A stretch of 64,000 nucleotides of DNA from Tubiluchus corallicola (GCA_030141605.1 JAQGDQ010000560.1:76389-140388); one strand, 5' to 3'; positions 51,276 through 64,000 are shown, numbered from the stretch's first letter. Translations and numbers: made by a program. Notes: generated from the letters alone by a model not told the origin.

Positions 51276-51755
51276 CTGGGATGAGAATGACAAATTGCAA
51301 CAAAACTCTGAAACAGGCCGGGGGTTTGAAGTCGCGTAGGCAGCAACAAATTGCAATTTTGTGACCATAGAGAGCCTCTAAGTGGACTTAAAATATCAAT
51401 TACCTTGTTTCATGCATAATTTAAAATACCCAACTATCAAGGATACATGATACCTAATTGTCTCAAAAACGGCTAAGTACTGGCCACTCCTATGCGAAAG
51501 TATATAAAAACTGTCTGCAATTTACTCAACTCTGAACAACTGACTCTATATTTTTATACATGGAGATATACACGTGGTTACACTGATGTACGGGATGTAA
51601 ACAAAGTGACGGCCTGCCACCTAGCAGTCAGCTTGTGAAATAATGTACTGGGTCCGTAAAATTTTTCTCAACGAATTTATGCGATTTACAAAAATGGCAC
51701 TACTGGTCTTCCAAAAACTAGGAATTCTGCATATCCGCAGAAAATTCTCATCCCT
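51276..51755. mobile_element. hAT-like MITE family C
   Basis: same TIRs; degenerate 8-bp TSD ctccaaac/cttcaagc. Confidence 0.85.
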
Positions 51756-51814
51756 GCTTCAAGCCAAGGACCAGAATTCCAGAGTTTATATTAAAAGAGT
51801 GATCGTCACGCTAC

Positions 51815-52110
51815 CTTTAAGAAAATCTGTGACATCCCCGACTCCATTTTCTGCAACATCTGTTCCTCTTTCTTGAGCTTTGGGTCTTCCACAGGCCCGT
51901 CCTCCTCGTCTTCCCCAGCCTCCTCCTCCTTTCTCTTCAACACCACGGGCGCGTACGGAGGAGCGGGCCAGTCATCTCGCTCAATTTTTGGATGTTCTAC
52001 CTCGACGGCGTCGGGAACGTGTGCACCGGGAAAATGAGCTAACGCTATTGGTTCCTCATTGTTCATGCTCGGAGAGCGAGCGCGGGGAACTGCCTCCTTA
52101 CAAGAGTCGG
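51815..52110 (-). CDS. ABLIM: abLIM exon (anchor region)
   Basis: RARSPSMNNEEPIALAHFPGA...PKIERDDWPAPP...SGMSQIFLK; abLIM/dematin KIExxxWPxPP and SGxGxxxLK-like motifs. Confidence 0.93.
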
Positions 52111-53822
52111 CTGAAAACAAACCAGAACAAATTACTAAATAATTTTGACTAGAGGGCACTCAATAGAGGTGCAGACCAACGCCTGGACATATGTTTCTAT
52201 CGCCACTTGATATTTAGTATTTTTTCACCATGTGACCTTGACCTTTGACCTTTTAAACCAAACAGCACTAGGTTTTGAAGTCTAGTACAGTCACTGTACC
52301 ATGTCTGACGATTACTGCTTCATACATCCACTTTAATTTATTGACCTTGGGTTGTGAGTTTGACCTATGACCTTTTCGACCAAAGAGCAGCATGTTTCCA
52401 GGTTTAGCTCAGACATAGCTCTGTAGTAAGTATGGAGATTATTGTTTAATCCATCAGATTTAATTTTAATGACACTTTGACCTTCAAACCTTGAATTGTG
52501 ATTTTGACCTTTGACGTTTCGAACTAAACAGGAACTTGTTGACATTTTTTGACCTTGTGACCCTAATCTTTTGAACTGAAAAGCTAAGAGTATCCAATTC
52601 TTGCACACACCAATCACTACACAAAGTCTGGTGATTATATCTTCATATGTTTTTATTTTATTATGTCGTCAGATAGATACAACTAAACATCTTGCACGGG
52701 GTAGTTAAAGCGTTAACATGAAAACAACAACCAATGAGAAGCGACGATGAAAAGATCATACAGAAAAAACTGTTAGCTCTTGCATTGCTTATTAGTTCAC
52801 ATTCACAACACTATGTGGCAGTGGTTCTGAACAGAGTGCTGTGGCTACCCGGCACTGTCGCTGTTACTGGGTTTTACTTCACTTTTGTGTCACAGCATTT
52901 TCATCATCCTGACAAATTTAAATTTATTGTATGGACATGCAGCCTATATTTAGCTTATTCTGAGCACAACATACAATTCGTGATGTAAGGTGCATTCAAG
53001 TGCGGCGGGGTGGACGGTTAAAGAAGGGTAACAGAAAGGAGTGTAGGGCGCCATCCAACCCCTCGGGAAAATTTGATATGAAGAAGTTGTGAAGATAATT
53101 GCTAGGACACTAGAATACAGGTAGAATTCAAGTAGAATACAGGTGAGCTTTATTTATATAAATCATTAATAACACTATACATTGCTCTCTCAGTTTAAGT
53201 CACATGCTAATTCAGTGATCTCTGAAAGCCAACTGCCCAGGTAAGTTTTTTCCATGAAGCAAGGAAGCCAGCAATTCAATGAAGGTAAATGTTATGCATA
53301 CTAGTTCAAGGATGAAAGTTTAGACTGTATATTAAGAAATACATTCATTTTATAGCTGAAATTTCTTGTGTGGGATTTTTAATGTTTTAACGAGAGAATG
53401 TAATAATATAACTAATTATCATAATTAAGAACTAATAAAAAATAAGATAAAGAAATCGTGAGCTTCACGACATTTGAGAAGAACTGCACTACAACAATTG
53501 AAAACAACTAACAGTAGTAAAAACGTGCCGTGAGATTGCACAGAATGAAACTTTCAGCTTCAATTTTCAAACCAACCGCGTTCACGGTGTTTTCCTAACT
53601 AAAACATGTAGAAACACCAACACCAGATATATCACTCTGGCAAACATTTAGACAAAACTTCTTTTTGTCAAGAAAAACTTGCAAGACAGTTGGGTAAGAC
53701 GCAGCGACGCATTAATAAAACAATCACGTCGTACTTGAGCTGTGCATAAACAGAATATCCGTGAAATATGTAAAATGTAAAATAACACAAAACACTAGTC
53801 GTGCCCCTGAAAACTATTTACT

Positions 53823-54479
53823 TAAAAGCACAAGAAAACCCTCCGTAAACACAAAGCTTAAAAAATTTCTACCACTTACGTACTACCTTTTCGTATGCAT
53901 GGCTTGCATCGGCCGTAACGCTGTATAAAACGTGTAAATTTAAACTCCCGCGATGACCATTAGGGGCAGCCATTTTAATGCTAGGTCGTTTGAAATAAGT
54001 TTTGATAACATTAAGTAAAGTTTGAAAAAATAATCAGAGCATACATTGTGCTAACTAAATAAAATTTTAAATTACTGTATCTTGTCAATAAGATTAAAAA
54101 TACGTTTTTGGTTAGTGAGTGACGCACCCTGGAGGGTGAGTCAGTGACATTTTACCAACTGGCATAAACATTTTAAATTATTAGTTTAGTTACATAAGTG
54201 TTTCCAGCAGGTAAGTGAAATGCTAAGTAATACAGATTTGCACGGAAAGTTTTTAGGGTCATAATTTAACATTTCCTTTTCTTCCCCTGATTTACGTGGC
54301 GTAGTGACGTCATGTAATGGTGTCATCGGAACAGTATTGTGGGAGATTTAAAATGAAAACAAACGAAAATTCCTTTCAACGCGAATATGATATACACATA
54401 AAATTGCTGTAAAGTAGTATAATTTTTTAAGGTGATTTTCCCAAACCTACTTCAGGTGCCCCGTTTCTTGTCCTTTTAA
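53823..54479. mobile_element. Family F element, complete
   Basis: TTAAAAGCACAAGAAAAC ... GTTTCTTGTCCTTTTAA. Confidence 0.82.
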
Positions 54480-55207
54480 GAAAAAAGTTTATTTTTCTCT
54501 TTCTTATTCACTTTGGCTCACGTTCTGTTTCTTGACATTCAGCACTCAATGGCAGTGGATATTATTAAACGAAATTGTACTGATGGTACTGGAATATAAC
54601 TGATGATTAAGAATGATCCTGTAAAATTAAGTAGGAATACACCCTGGATTTGAACCAAGGACCTTCTGCTTACAAAGCGCATGCATCAACATACATACCA
54701 AGAACTGCCATTCCTGTACGAGGAGCTCCACTCAATTTCGCATAAATGCCTTTACTTCCAAAATTTAATTTCTCTGAAAAATTTACAAAAATTAGTATGT
54801 TAACGACAAAACAAACAAAACAGCACGATGTAAAATGCAATCGAGTGTAATGATCACGTGACCTGCAAATGAAAATGCCGTTTTGAGTTCAAGTCCCACT
54901 TGTGTCAAAATTTCTCGAGCCATGTTCCACTTGAACAAGACTGCCGCATTCTTAGGCCTATCCAGCCTTGAGTATGTGGTCATGTACTGCGGAAACAAAG
55001 ATGGCCGACAGATGGGGGGCCATCCACTTGCCCTCCCTAGCATGGATGGCGTTCTTAAACAGAAAACACAACTATTTATCCCAATGGACTGTCTGAGGTG
55101 TGGACCTATTTCCAATTCAAATTGAATTCAATTCAATTCAAACTTTATTTGTCTCAATAAGATTATAAAAAAGTACAACATTTACAGTAAAACTACGTAC
55201 AGAAATA

Positions 55208-55837
55208 CAGTAAACTACGTATCTCGACTCGGCATAACTCAAATTCTGGCGTATCTCGAACAGATCTCGTGGAACGGATTTGCCCTTTGATTTTTCACTT
55301 TACTTAACATCGCATAACTAGAATTTCTCCTGTAACTCAAACCTAATTCCCAGTACAATTTATAAGAATCTAACTGAAATCACCTCGCCAATCTCAAACA
55401 GCCTCCCATGTGAGAAATCCTACGCAAAAGTGTGCACCACATTATGATTTTAACTGCTAATTTCAGCAAAAATGCTAAGATTTCTTGTATTACCTTAGCA
55501 GAATGCTGCACGTAGTAGCTCACATAGTTCAATAACTAGATCACGATATTATTATTGCGGAATTTTGATAACCATGCTACTCGGACTACAATCGAGATGG
55601 ACCAGTCATTTTATTTTTGATAATTCATAAAAACTGTTATTTGATATTTGATTAAAGGCTCAGTTTGTCATTTTCACAGGCTGCAGTATATTATCCTTGT
55701 TTTCTTTCTTACGAACTTAGTCTAACTCGTGCCCTTGCACAACTCGAACACCTCGGAACTGGAAAATTTGCTTGAGTCATGTTACTCGAACAAATTTTCC
55801 AGTCCCCCGAGGTGTTCGAGTTATAGAGAGTTTACTG
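55208..55837. mobile_element. Tigger-like MITE
   Basis: TA|CAGTAAACT ... AGTTTACTG|TA. Confidence 0.78.
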
Positions 55838-56159
55838 TATTTTGAAATTTGCGGCTGTACAAAATGAAGCAACATGATAAATTACAATAAATAATAATAT
55901 TAACAGAAATATAGTTACACAACATGCAATATTGTAGAAATTGAATAAGTTGAAATAGGAAGAAAAATAAGGATGAACAGAAATCACTGTACATTTCAAT
56001 CAACTTTCACACTACACATGGAAACAAAAATAATAAGAAACCGAAACAAGCCATTCCTCATCTATCTGTGATAAGACTTAGATTAAATAAGGTGTTATTT
56101 TGTAGTAAAATTATAGCATTACTGAAACTGAGGGTACATAATTACAACATCTCACACAC

Positions 56160-56328
56160 CTGGTCTATAGAAGTGAGGAGATTTAGGTGGCTTCGGGGAT
56201 ATCGGAGTGCGCAGCATGTGAAACGGCTCAAACGGTTCCGGCATTAGGTAACTCTCAATGTAGACTTTCGATCCAAAATCCACGTCAAACTTTGGCTCGT
56301 ACTTGCCCGGCTCGTGAGGCAGAGAATG
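56160..56328 (-). CDS. ABLIM: abLIM exon
   Basis: HSLPHEPGKYEPKFDVDFGSKVYIESYLMPEP...PISPKPPKSPHFYRP; donor position is ambiguous within GGTGTGTGAG. Confidence 0.85.
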
Positions 56329-56584
56329 CTGGAAAGTAGAAAATGTAAAAACTAATACAAGCATGTCAAACATAATCAGCTGATCACAGATGACAAATTC
56401 CACATTTTTACTTCATGAATAATTTACTCGTATTAAAATGCTCAATGATTTATAATGATCGACAAAAACTGCATTAAAATAAAAAATTGTTTCAAAGGCT
56501 AAAGCTTGCCAGTATACTGACACATTGACATGTTTATGCTGTATGTGCAGACCACGTATGTGTGCTCTGTATATGTATATATAT

Positions 56585-57225
56585 CTGTGTGCTTGCAAAC
56601 CAAAACCGTTCATAAGTCGGCATAGTTAAAATTGCGTTCTGATGCTTCAAAGTAGAAAGCACCAAAAATTTGGCCTAATTTCAATTTTTTGTTTTTTGTA
56701 AAAACAAATGCTAAATATATTGAACTTTTATAATCTGGCAACAAATTCACCAAAAAATGTTAAAAATACTAAAAATCTGTTTTTTAACCCTGTACCCACT
56801 TTTCTGTCTAGAATTAGTACTGCAATTGCAAAAAAAACTCCTATTTTCTAACTCCGATTGTAGCTCGTGGAAGCAGTCCTTTTGCTTCAGATTTTTTCTG
56901 TTGCCAAGCTCAGATCGTCGTCAGGAAGAGCCATCTACTGGATTTAAAACCTAACTTCAACGTGCTCTTGTAAAGTCCATAGCAACCAACATTTCTGCGG
57001 TTGCTAAGTGTTTTGTACAGATACGACAAAAAACAATGCATAACTTTAACAATCATTTTCTCAAGATTATGTTTTTGACTGCATAGCCTGCACCTCGACT
57101 TCAACGTGGATTATCTCAGCTTAGAAATAACATAGAATGATGAACTTGGTATCAAAATGGTCCTCATGAAATGGAGATTCAGGATATGTGTAACTAGAAA
57201 AGACTTATGGACGATTTTGCTATAC
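56585..57225. repeat. Unclassified dispersed repeat family E
   Basis: direct homologue of 4875-5530. Confidence 0.75.
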
Positions 57226-57545
57226 AAGCATACATTTATGCTGTATACGTATACTGTATGCAAATAAGATATGTGTATACTGTATACTGAAAAGCAACAC
57301 GCAGCCCTATACTGTATATGTATGCTATATATGTATGATGTACACATATGCTGCACGTGTATATTGTATATAAGTATAGTACGTGTATGTCCACACATAT
57401 ATTGTACATGTGTACCTATAGTTCTATATTGTAGGTGTATGTTGTATACGTATACTATATATGTATGTACACTGTATAATGTGTGCATACATTTATGGTT
57501 TATACTACTTGTACATTGTTTGCAGGGTAAAGATCCAGGATGTTA

Positions 57546-57982
57546 GGGTGTGTTCAGTTTTCTCTCTACAGCACACTTCCAAGTATGAACTACTTTGCGA
57601 GTTACTGTTGGTAAGTTTTTGCAAACTCTCGACATTACTGCGAGTTACTGTCAGTAAGTTTTTGCAAACTCTCGTCATTACTGCGAGTTACTGTCAGTAA
57701 GTTTTTGCAAACTCTCGACATTACTGCGAGCTACCGTCGGTAAGTTTTTGCAATCTCTCGACAGTTACTGTGAGTTACACCTCAGCGAGTTACTCTCAAC
57801 ACTTCTCAACTCACGCTTACTGTCGGAGAGTAACTCGCAGCAAGTTTTACTCACTAGTATGAACACACTAGTCTAAGTGCACCTTTAGAGAAATATTTCT
57901 CCTATCATGACAAAAAATATCTGCTAGTCTGAACACACTTGGCAGTTATTTAGTAAGAAAACTTACAAATCTGAACGCACCC
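57546..57982. mobile_element. PIF/Harbinger-like MITE with an internal 43-bp tandem repeat
   Basis: TTA|GGGTGTGTTCAG ... CTGAACGCACCC|TAA; about 4 x 43-bp units at 57596-57780. Confidence 0.75.
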
Positions 57983-58145
57983 TAACTAATAATCAAAAAT
58001 TTGTTAACTTATACAATAGTTTTAAAAAAAGTGGAACTATTTTTTCTAATAGGCTATTTATTACTACACCATTTTACTAATACAGATACTCGTTTATCAA
58101 ATTTAAAAATCTATCTCATACTTAAACACGATTTTTAAAACAAAC

Positions 58146-58220
58146 CTTCCTCCCCATACTGCTATAGGAGCCGGAAGCTCGAGAGAAAGACCGCTGCGAT
58201 GATCGGCTACCGGGCGTGTG
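58146..58220 (-). CDS. ABLIM: abLIM exon, Ser/Arg-rich linker
   Basis: ttcacag|HTPGSRSSQRSFSRASGSYSSMGRK|gtttg; symmetric phase 0. Confidence 0.78.
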
Positions 58221-58789
58221 CTGTGAAACAGAAATCATTCATGCAGAATCATGCAAGCTGCTAAATAACAGTGCAAGAACGAGAAATAAGAAAAGCCAGG
58301 AAAAATACTAAATTGTGTGCAAAGACAGACCAAATGTGCAAATTCATGGAACAGGGGAAAGGTAGGAAATATCTCTAAATGTGCACTAATTTATGACTAA
58401 GCATTCTGCCACATATTGTGCAAGTATTTAATTAAAAAAGATTTTTAATCAACGTTTATTATGGTGCTAACTAATATAGTAATGTGCAAAGTGCAATTAC
58501 TCCAGTGTAGTTACTCCAGTAACTACAGATCACAGAAAGACAACCCTTGTTTTTTCATTGACAAGTCATCACAGATCATTAATGATGTTTTCAAGTGGGG
58601 AGAATTCCCGGTACTCCCCACCACTTTTTTTTGGCAAGCAAATGCAATTAATTCTGTAAACTGTACTCTGGGTCACAACTCACAACTACCGATTTACATA
58701 AATATAACAACAATCCAGATATGTAAAATGCTAAAAGTGCAATTTTATATGTAAGACAGTTTTATATGTTTAGATAAACATTTTTACAT

Positions 58790-58957
58790 TATTATATTTC
58801 GTTTTAGTAACACTTTACAGTAGTACATTTGGTGCTTGAGAACGGATTATTTGCTTTTACATTATTTCTTATGGGAATAAATGATTCGGTTCTCAACCAA
58901 ATCGGTTTTCAAACACTTTTTAGGAACGAATTATGATCAAAAACTGAGGTACGACTG
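58790..58957. mobile_element. pogo-like MITE family B fragment
   Basis: reverse-orientation end ...AAAACTGAGGTACGACTG|TA. Confidence 0.75.
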
Positions 58958-59241
58958 TATATTGTCTGTTGTTCATTTTTGTGTAAATTATTATGTGTAA
59001 ATATCGTAATTTTTTTTATGCTGCTAACAAATTCAAATTTCTACTACAATCTCAAAATAAATAACAATAATCACACTGCAAAATTATACTACTAACTAAA
59101 GCTATAACTACCATGCAGTGCAAGGCACACAGACATTGCAGCAAGCGGAATCACAACTACAATGGCTCCTATAGACCCTCAAACATTTCACTCTCATCCC
59201 TCTTCTCTCTCCTCCCTAGTGAAGTATCATTGTAAACGTAC

Positions 59242-59285
59242 CTCTTTCTTGGCAGCAGTGCACTGTGGATGCCATATTTCAGACC
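59242..59285 (-). CDS. ABLIM: abLIM exon, end of LIM4
   Basis: GSEIWHPQCTAAKKE completes the LIM zinc ligands. Confidence 0.92.
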
Positions 59286-60177
59286 CTAAAACAAATTAAT
59301 TGCGATAAAATAGATGGTCTTATTCACATGCAATAGTTCAGTTTAGTTTATTTATTTTCACCCAGCAAACTACAAATTATAATTAGAAATTTACAACATA
59401 GCTGAAGAAAAAACAACGCAAAAGATTAATATATTTAAACTACAAACAGTAAAGCTGTGAAAGGATTGAAAATCCCCGCCATTATTTCGTCATTAATAAA
59501 CAACTTATGCTAGAATGAAGTATATGTACTGCTGTAATATGAGTACATTCAATCAAGTACTCATTAATAAACAACTTATGCTAGAATGAAGTATATGTAC
59601 TGCTGTAACAACTGTAATACTACACTAATTGCATTAATTTCACATGTATTGGATTTCTGAATTAAGCAGCAACATGGTACATTACAATGTACAATGCATG
59701 GTCTTATAGGCTTATGTGCATCGAGAATCGTTTCTGTTATCGTATCTATTGTGTGGCTTTTGTAAATTTTAATTAAGTATTAGCTAATGAACTAGTCGTA
59801 TTTTTGAACTAGCTATTTTGAGTTATTACATACTCGAACTAGTTCAAGTAATTGTATATTTCATCACTGCACATAGTGGAAATACTATGACCAGTAATAG
59901 TTACTGTGTTGTAAATCCACGCAAAATAAATAAAGTTTATATATATATATATATATATAAAACGCCACACTGTATTCTGCTATACTTATTATCATTATTA
60001 TTGATTATTATTATTATTTATTATTATTCTATTTGAAAAAACTATGTGGTGCCCCTCTTCCCCTAAGGACCTAAACACGTGCTTATCTTGCTTAATGGTT
60101 AATCCAGAGCTGATTCTCACAAAGTCAAGAACAGTGACACCTTCAAGCAAAAAAGACAACCAGCGGCAAGCAATTAC

Positions 60178-60359
60178 CTTGAAGGAACATTTCCTGCCCT
60201 TCGGTGAACGCCTGCTTGCAGCGTGCGCAGCGAGAACACTCCGGGTGGAAGTGCTGATCCCCCGCTTGCAGCACTCGACCCGTGATGAACTGGAGGCATC
60301 CGGCGCAGCGCACCCCAAACAGTTTCTGATAATCGTTCTCGCAATACGGCTTCCCTTCC
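60178..60359 (-). CDS. ABLIM: abLIM/UNC-115 exon, end of LIM3 and LIM4
   Basis: EGKPYCENDYQKLFGVRCAGCLQFITGRVLQAGDQHFHPECSRCARCKQAFTEGQEMFLQ. Confidence 0.96.
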
Positions 60360-60484
60360 CTATAAATATATCAGTATTATATTAGATTAAACATGTCAAA
60401 CATAACAATTTGCTTAGTCAAAGTACTATAGAGCTAATGACATTTATTATTTTGCTTGGCATATACATATGGTACCTGTATACT

Positions 60485-60620
60485 TAGGGTTACCATACGT
60501 CTGGGTTTCCCCGGACACTTCCTCTTTTTGGGCCCATGTCCGGGTGGGTTTTCAAAAAATCGGCAGTTTGTCCGGATTTTGCCTCAATCCATAAGTATGT
60601 ACGGATGTTGCCAACTGCAC
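60485..60620. mobile_element. hAT (Blackjack-like) terminus
   Basis: TAGGGTTACCATACGTC start with GTCCGG/CCGGAC subterminal motifs; the other end was not found. Confidence 0.55.
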
Positions 60621-61097
60621 AGGCACCCGACAGTACGAGACAAAGAAAAGCTCGTTAATTTTCAATACAAGATGTTGCTACCATCTCAAAATGCAACCCT
60701 TGTAAAAGCTTTGTGTACATATTTACTGAACAAAAGTAAGCGATGCGCACATCACTATGAGTCACACGACTCACTAACGACTTAAAATCAGCTTTCAGGA
60801 GCCATTTTGTTTGTTTTTATATGAATTTTTTCAAATTTGTATAGTTTCGCTGAAAGCAATTCGGTCTTCGGAAAAGTATTCTTGGTCTCAGCCTCGGGCT
60901 CAGTCAAGTTCAAGCGTAACTGTTTCTGAGAGCCAAGAAGAAGCAGGCGACTGACAGTTGCAGTGTGTTAATGTTTCTTGCAGTATAGCCATTTGGTATT
61001 GCTATTAGAATACATGTAGGCCTATTTGTACAATTTGCATTTCATTTTGCATTGTTTGAACAGACCCTAGACAGAACAAGTTCGTGAAACGTCTCAC

Positions 61098-61224
61098 CTG
61101 CCCATATATTCCCCCTGTAACACCTGGCCACAGTTTTCACACTTGAAACAGTTTTCATGCCAGTGTTTGTCTAACGCCAGTACCGCGTGGCCATCTTGCA
61201 ATGTCTTCTGACAGCCAGCACATT
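61098..61224 (-). CDS. ABLIM: abLIM/UNC-115 exon, LIM3 (gene starts beyond the right edge)
   Basis: CAGCQKTLQDGHAVLALDKHWHENCFKCENCGQVLQGEYMGR; tttag/gtgaga. Confidence 0.95.
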
Positions 61225-61508
61225 CTAAAGAATGGAAAAAGTTCTTTGTGAGTTAATAAAGAAATTGTATTGTCGAACTTCTTTGCCAGTTCGTCCAACA
61301 ACATTGTGGACAAACGATGTTGTGTGTCACAATTACAACGCATAAATTAATTAAATTTAATTAAAAACAGGTTTATTTAATCGCACGATATTTTGGAAAC
61401 GACTGTTCCCTTCACATGTTTATGTAAACTAAATGTGTGTGTTCTGCAAACAGGTATTTAAATTACATTTAGTTTGCTGGCTAGTTCCATTTATTCAGCA
61501 GGAGCCAA

Positions 61509-61722
61509 TAGGGGTGACCATTGAACGTTCGAATTCGATTCAAATGAGTTTTTCGGATAATTCAGCACTTCAGCCATGTCCGTTCTTTATCGTTAAAACC
61601 TTTGAAACAGCTTGTAATGAGCACAATTTAGCTGCAGTTTCTGCGCAAAATTTTTAACAAACTAATAGTGGTTTTACTGCAGAACAAAATCGAGTAATAT
61701 GCATGATCTTTGTAAGACCACT

Positions 61723-61781
<59 letters not shown>

Positions 61782-61905
61782 TTATTTGCCATTAAAATAC
61801 ATTGATAATCACTGATAAAAACTTACACTGCTAAAGGCAAATGTGTCAGTGCAATCTAAACTACTGTGCAGTAATGGAAAGTAACGACGAATAAAATCAA
61901 ACATA
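61509..61905. mobile_element. Family H left half plus LINE 3' tail with (TA)n
   Basis: direct duplicate of 62691-63097. Confidence 0.75.
61725..61779. repeat. (TA)n microsatellite (LINE tail)
   Basis: seen directly. Confidence 0.95.
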
Positions 61906-61909
61906 TTAA

Positions 61910-62541
61910 AGGACAAGAAAACGGGTACCTGAAGTAGGTTTCAGAAAAATCGCCTTAAAAAATTATATTACTTTATAGCAATTTTATGCGTATATCTTAC
62001 TCGCACTGAAAGGAATTTTAGTTTGTTTTCATTTTAAATCTCCCGCAATACTGTTCCGAAGTGGCCATTACATGACGTCATGTACCAAACGTAAATGAAG
62101 GGAAGAGAAAGCAATGTTAAATTATATCTCAAAAGACTTTCCGTGCAAATCTATATTACTTAGATTTTCGCTTACCTACTAAAAAGACTTATGTAACTAG
62201 AAAAGAAAATTATTAATTATTTAAAATGTTTTCACCAATTAATTACTCACTAACAAAAAACACATTTTTATGTAATTTAAATTTTATTTAGTTAGTGACA
62301 TGTGCGATACGAATGCTCTGATTATTTTGTCAAACTTTACAAAATGTTATCTAAACTTGTTTCAAATGACCTGTTGTGAAAATGGCTGCGCCTATCTGTC
62401 ATCGCGGGAGTTTACATTTACATGTTTTACACAGCGTGACTGCCGATTGAAGTCCTGCACGCAAAATGGCAGTATCTAAGCGATATAAAATTCCAAAACG
62501 AATTTTTCAAGCTTTATGTTTATGAAGGGTTTTCTTGTGCT
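61910..62541. mobile_element. Family F element, complete, reverse
   Basis: TTAA|AGGACAAGAAAAC ... GTTTTCTTGTGCT|TTAA. Confidence 0.85.
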
Positions 62542-62690
62542 TTAACTCATACTGTTCGTTTTGCTTAACTTGTAAGCCGAAATCGCAGTCACGAATTTGA
62601 TCATTTCAGTCACGAACTGTATAGGTCGCAAGTCGACGACTTTCCCTCGTGCAGCTTGAAAATTTCTTACGTAAAAAGGAACTTAGTAAC

Positions 62691-63438
62691 TAGGGGGGTG
62701 ATCATCGAACGTTCGAATTCGATTCAAATGAGTTTTTCGGATAATTCAGCACTTCAGCCACGTCCGTTCTTTATCGTTAAGACCTTCGAAACAGCTTGTA
62801 ATTAGCACAATTTAGCTGCAGTTTCTGCACAAAATTTTTAACAAACTAATAGTGGTTTTACTGCAAAACAAAATCAAGTAATATGCATAACCTTTGTAAG
62901 ACCACTTACATATAGTATATCATATATAATAATCTTTATTTGCCATTAAAATACATTGATAATTACTGATAAAAACTTTACAGAGATGATCAATCAGTGT
63001 TAGTTAATAAAAACTTACACTGCTAAAGGCAAATGCGTCAGTGCAATCTAAACTACTGTGCAGTAATGGAAAGTAACGACGAATAAAATCAAACATATTT
63101 ACAACTATGCACAAAAAAATGAAAAAAATTATGATTTGATTGATATGGCCGTGGACTATTAATATGACTTTTTACTAATGGTTCAAAAACTTGTTGGAAA
63201 ATCTTTCAAACTCAATTCATAAGCGCCAGACTTTACAAGCTTTCGCTCACTAAAATGTAAACCGTGCAGGTATGAACTTTCCAATACATGAGATCACTAA
63301 ACACTGAGGATTACATAGTCATATCTAGACTGCATTACCACTTCATCGACTTGAGCAAACCACACAAAACCAAACCAACAAACAACCAAATCGATTCAAT
63401 TCGAATTCGCTTTCTGCTAGAGAATGCTCACCCCCCTA
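62691..63438. mobile_element. hAT-like MITE family H containing a LINE 3' tail
   Basis: TIR TAGGGGGGTGA/TCACCCCCCTA; LINE tail at about 62915-63155 matches 38400-38630. Confidence 0.8.
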
Positions 63439-63583
63439 GTTACTAAGTTCCTTTTAACGTAAGAAATTTTCAAGCTGCACGAGGGAAAGTCGTCGACTTG
63501 CGACCTATACAGTTCGTGACTGAAATGATCAAATTCGTGACTGCGATTTCGGCTTACAAGTTAATCAAAATGAACAGTATGAG

Positions 63584-64000
63584 TTAAAGCACAAGAAAAC
63601 CCTTCATAAACATAAAGCTTGAAAAATTCGTTTTGGAATTTTATATCGCTTAGATACTGCCATTTTGCGTGCAGGACTTCAATCGGCAGTCACGCTGTGT
63701 AAAACATGTAAATTTAAACTTCCGCGATGACCGTTAGACGCAGCCATTTTGACGGCAGATCATATAAAACAAGTTTAGATAACATTTTGTAAACTTGGAA
63801 AAACAATCAGAGCATTCGTAGCGCACAAGTCACTAACTAAATAACGTTTAAAATTACTGTATCTTGTCAATAAGATTAAAAATGCGTTTATGGTTACTGA
63901 GTGGTGCACCCTGGAGGGTGAGTCAGCGACATTTTGCCAATTGGTGAAAACATTTTAAATAATTGATAATTTTCTTTTCTAGTTACATAAGCCTTTCTAG
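63584..64000. mobile_element. Family F element (runs off the window)
   Basis: TTAA|AGCACAAGAAAACCC start. Confidence 0.8.

Noticed and set aside
57111-57546. Tyr/His/Cys-rich ORFs
   Set aside because: Cryptic (TA/TG) low-complexity sequence adjoining repeat family E.
59998-60385. Listed 106-aa and 113-aa ORFs
   Set aside because: Alternative-frame and antisense shadows of the LIM4 exon.

Overview
AT-rich, intron-rich metazoan (invertebrate) genomic DNA, not prokaryotic; most ORFs in the supplied track are spurious. Assembling exons by hand (GT-AG sites, reading-phase continuity) gives three genes. (1) Rhotekin (RTKN-like, minus strand, ATG at 9773, 9 exons in the window, continuing off the left edge). 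(2) A complete 12-exon FBXO41-like coiled-coil/F-box/LRR gene (plus strand, 10292-31843, 743 aa), head-to-head with Rhotekin. (3) abLIM/UNC-115 (minus strand, LIM3-LIM4 to villin headpiece, 13 exons 61224-44079, 5' part off the right edge). Gene identities come from remembered protein motifs, not from a database search. Introns are packed with nested non-autonomous DNA transposons (pogo/Tigger-, hAT-, Harbinger- and TTAA/Kolobok-like MITEs), LINE 3' fragments, a solo LTR, a MetaSINE-like element and several unrelated minisatellites. I see no CRISPR array or convincing new enzymatic system. The most unusual signals are tandem arrays seeded on exon edges (the FBXO41 stop codon, an abLIM splice donor), tandem and dispersed copies of the 5S rRNA internal control region behind a tRNA-type A box, a different array in four successive FBXO41 introns, and a hAT-like MITE flanked by an inverted duplication instead of a TSD.
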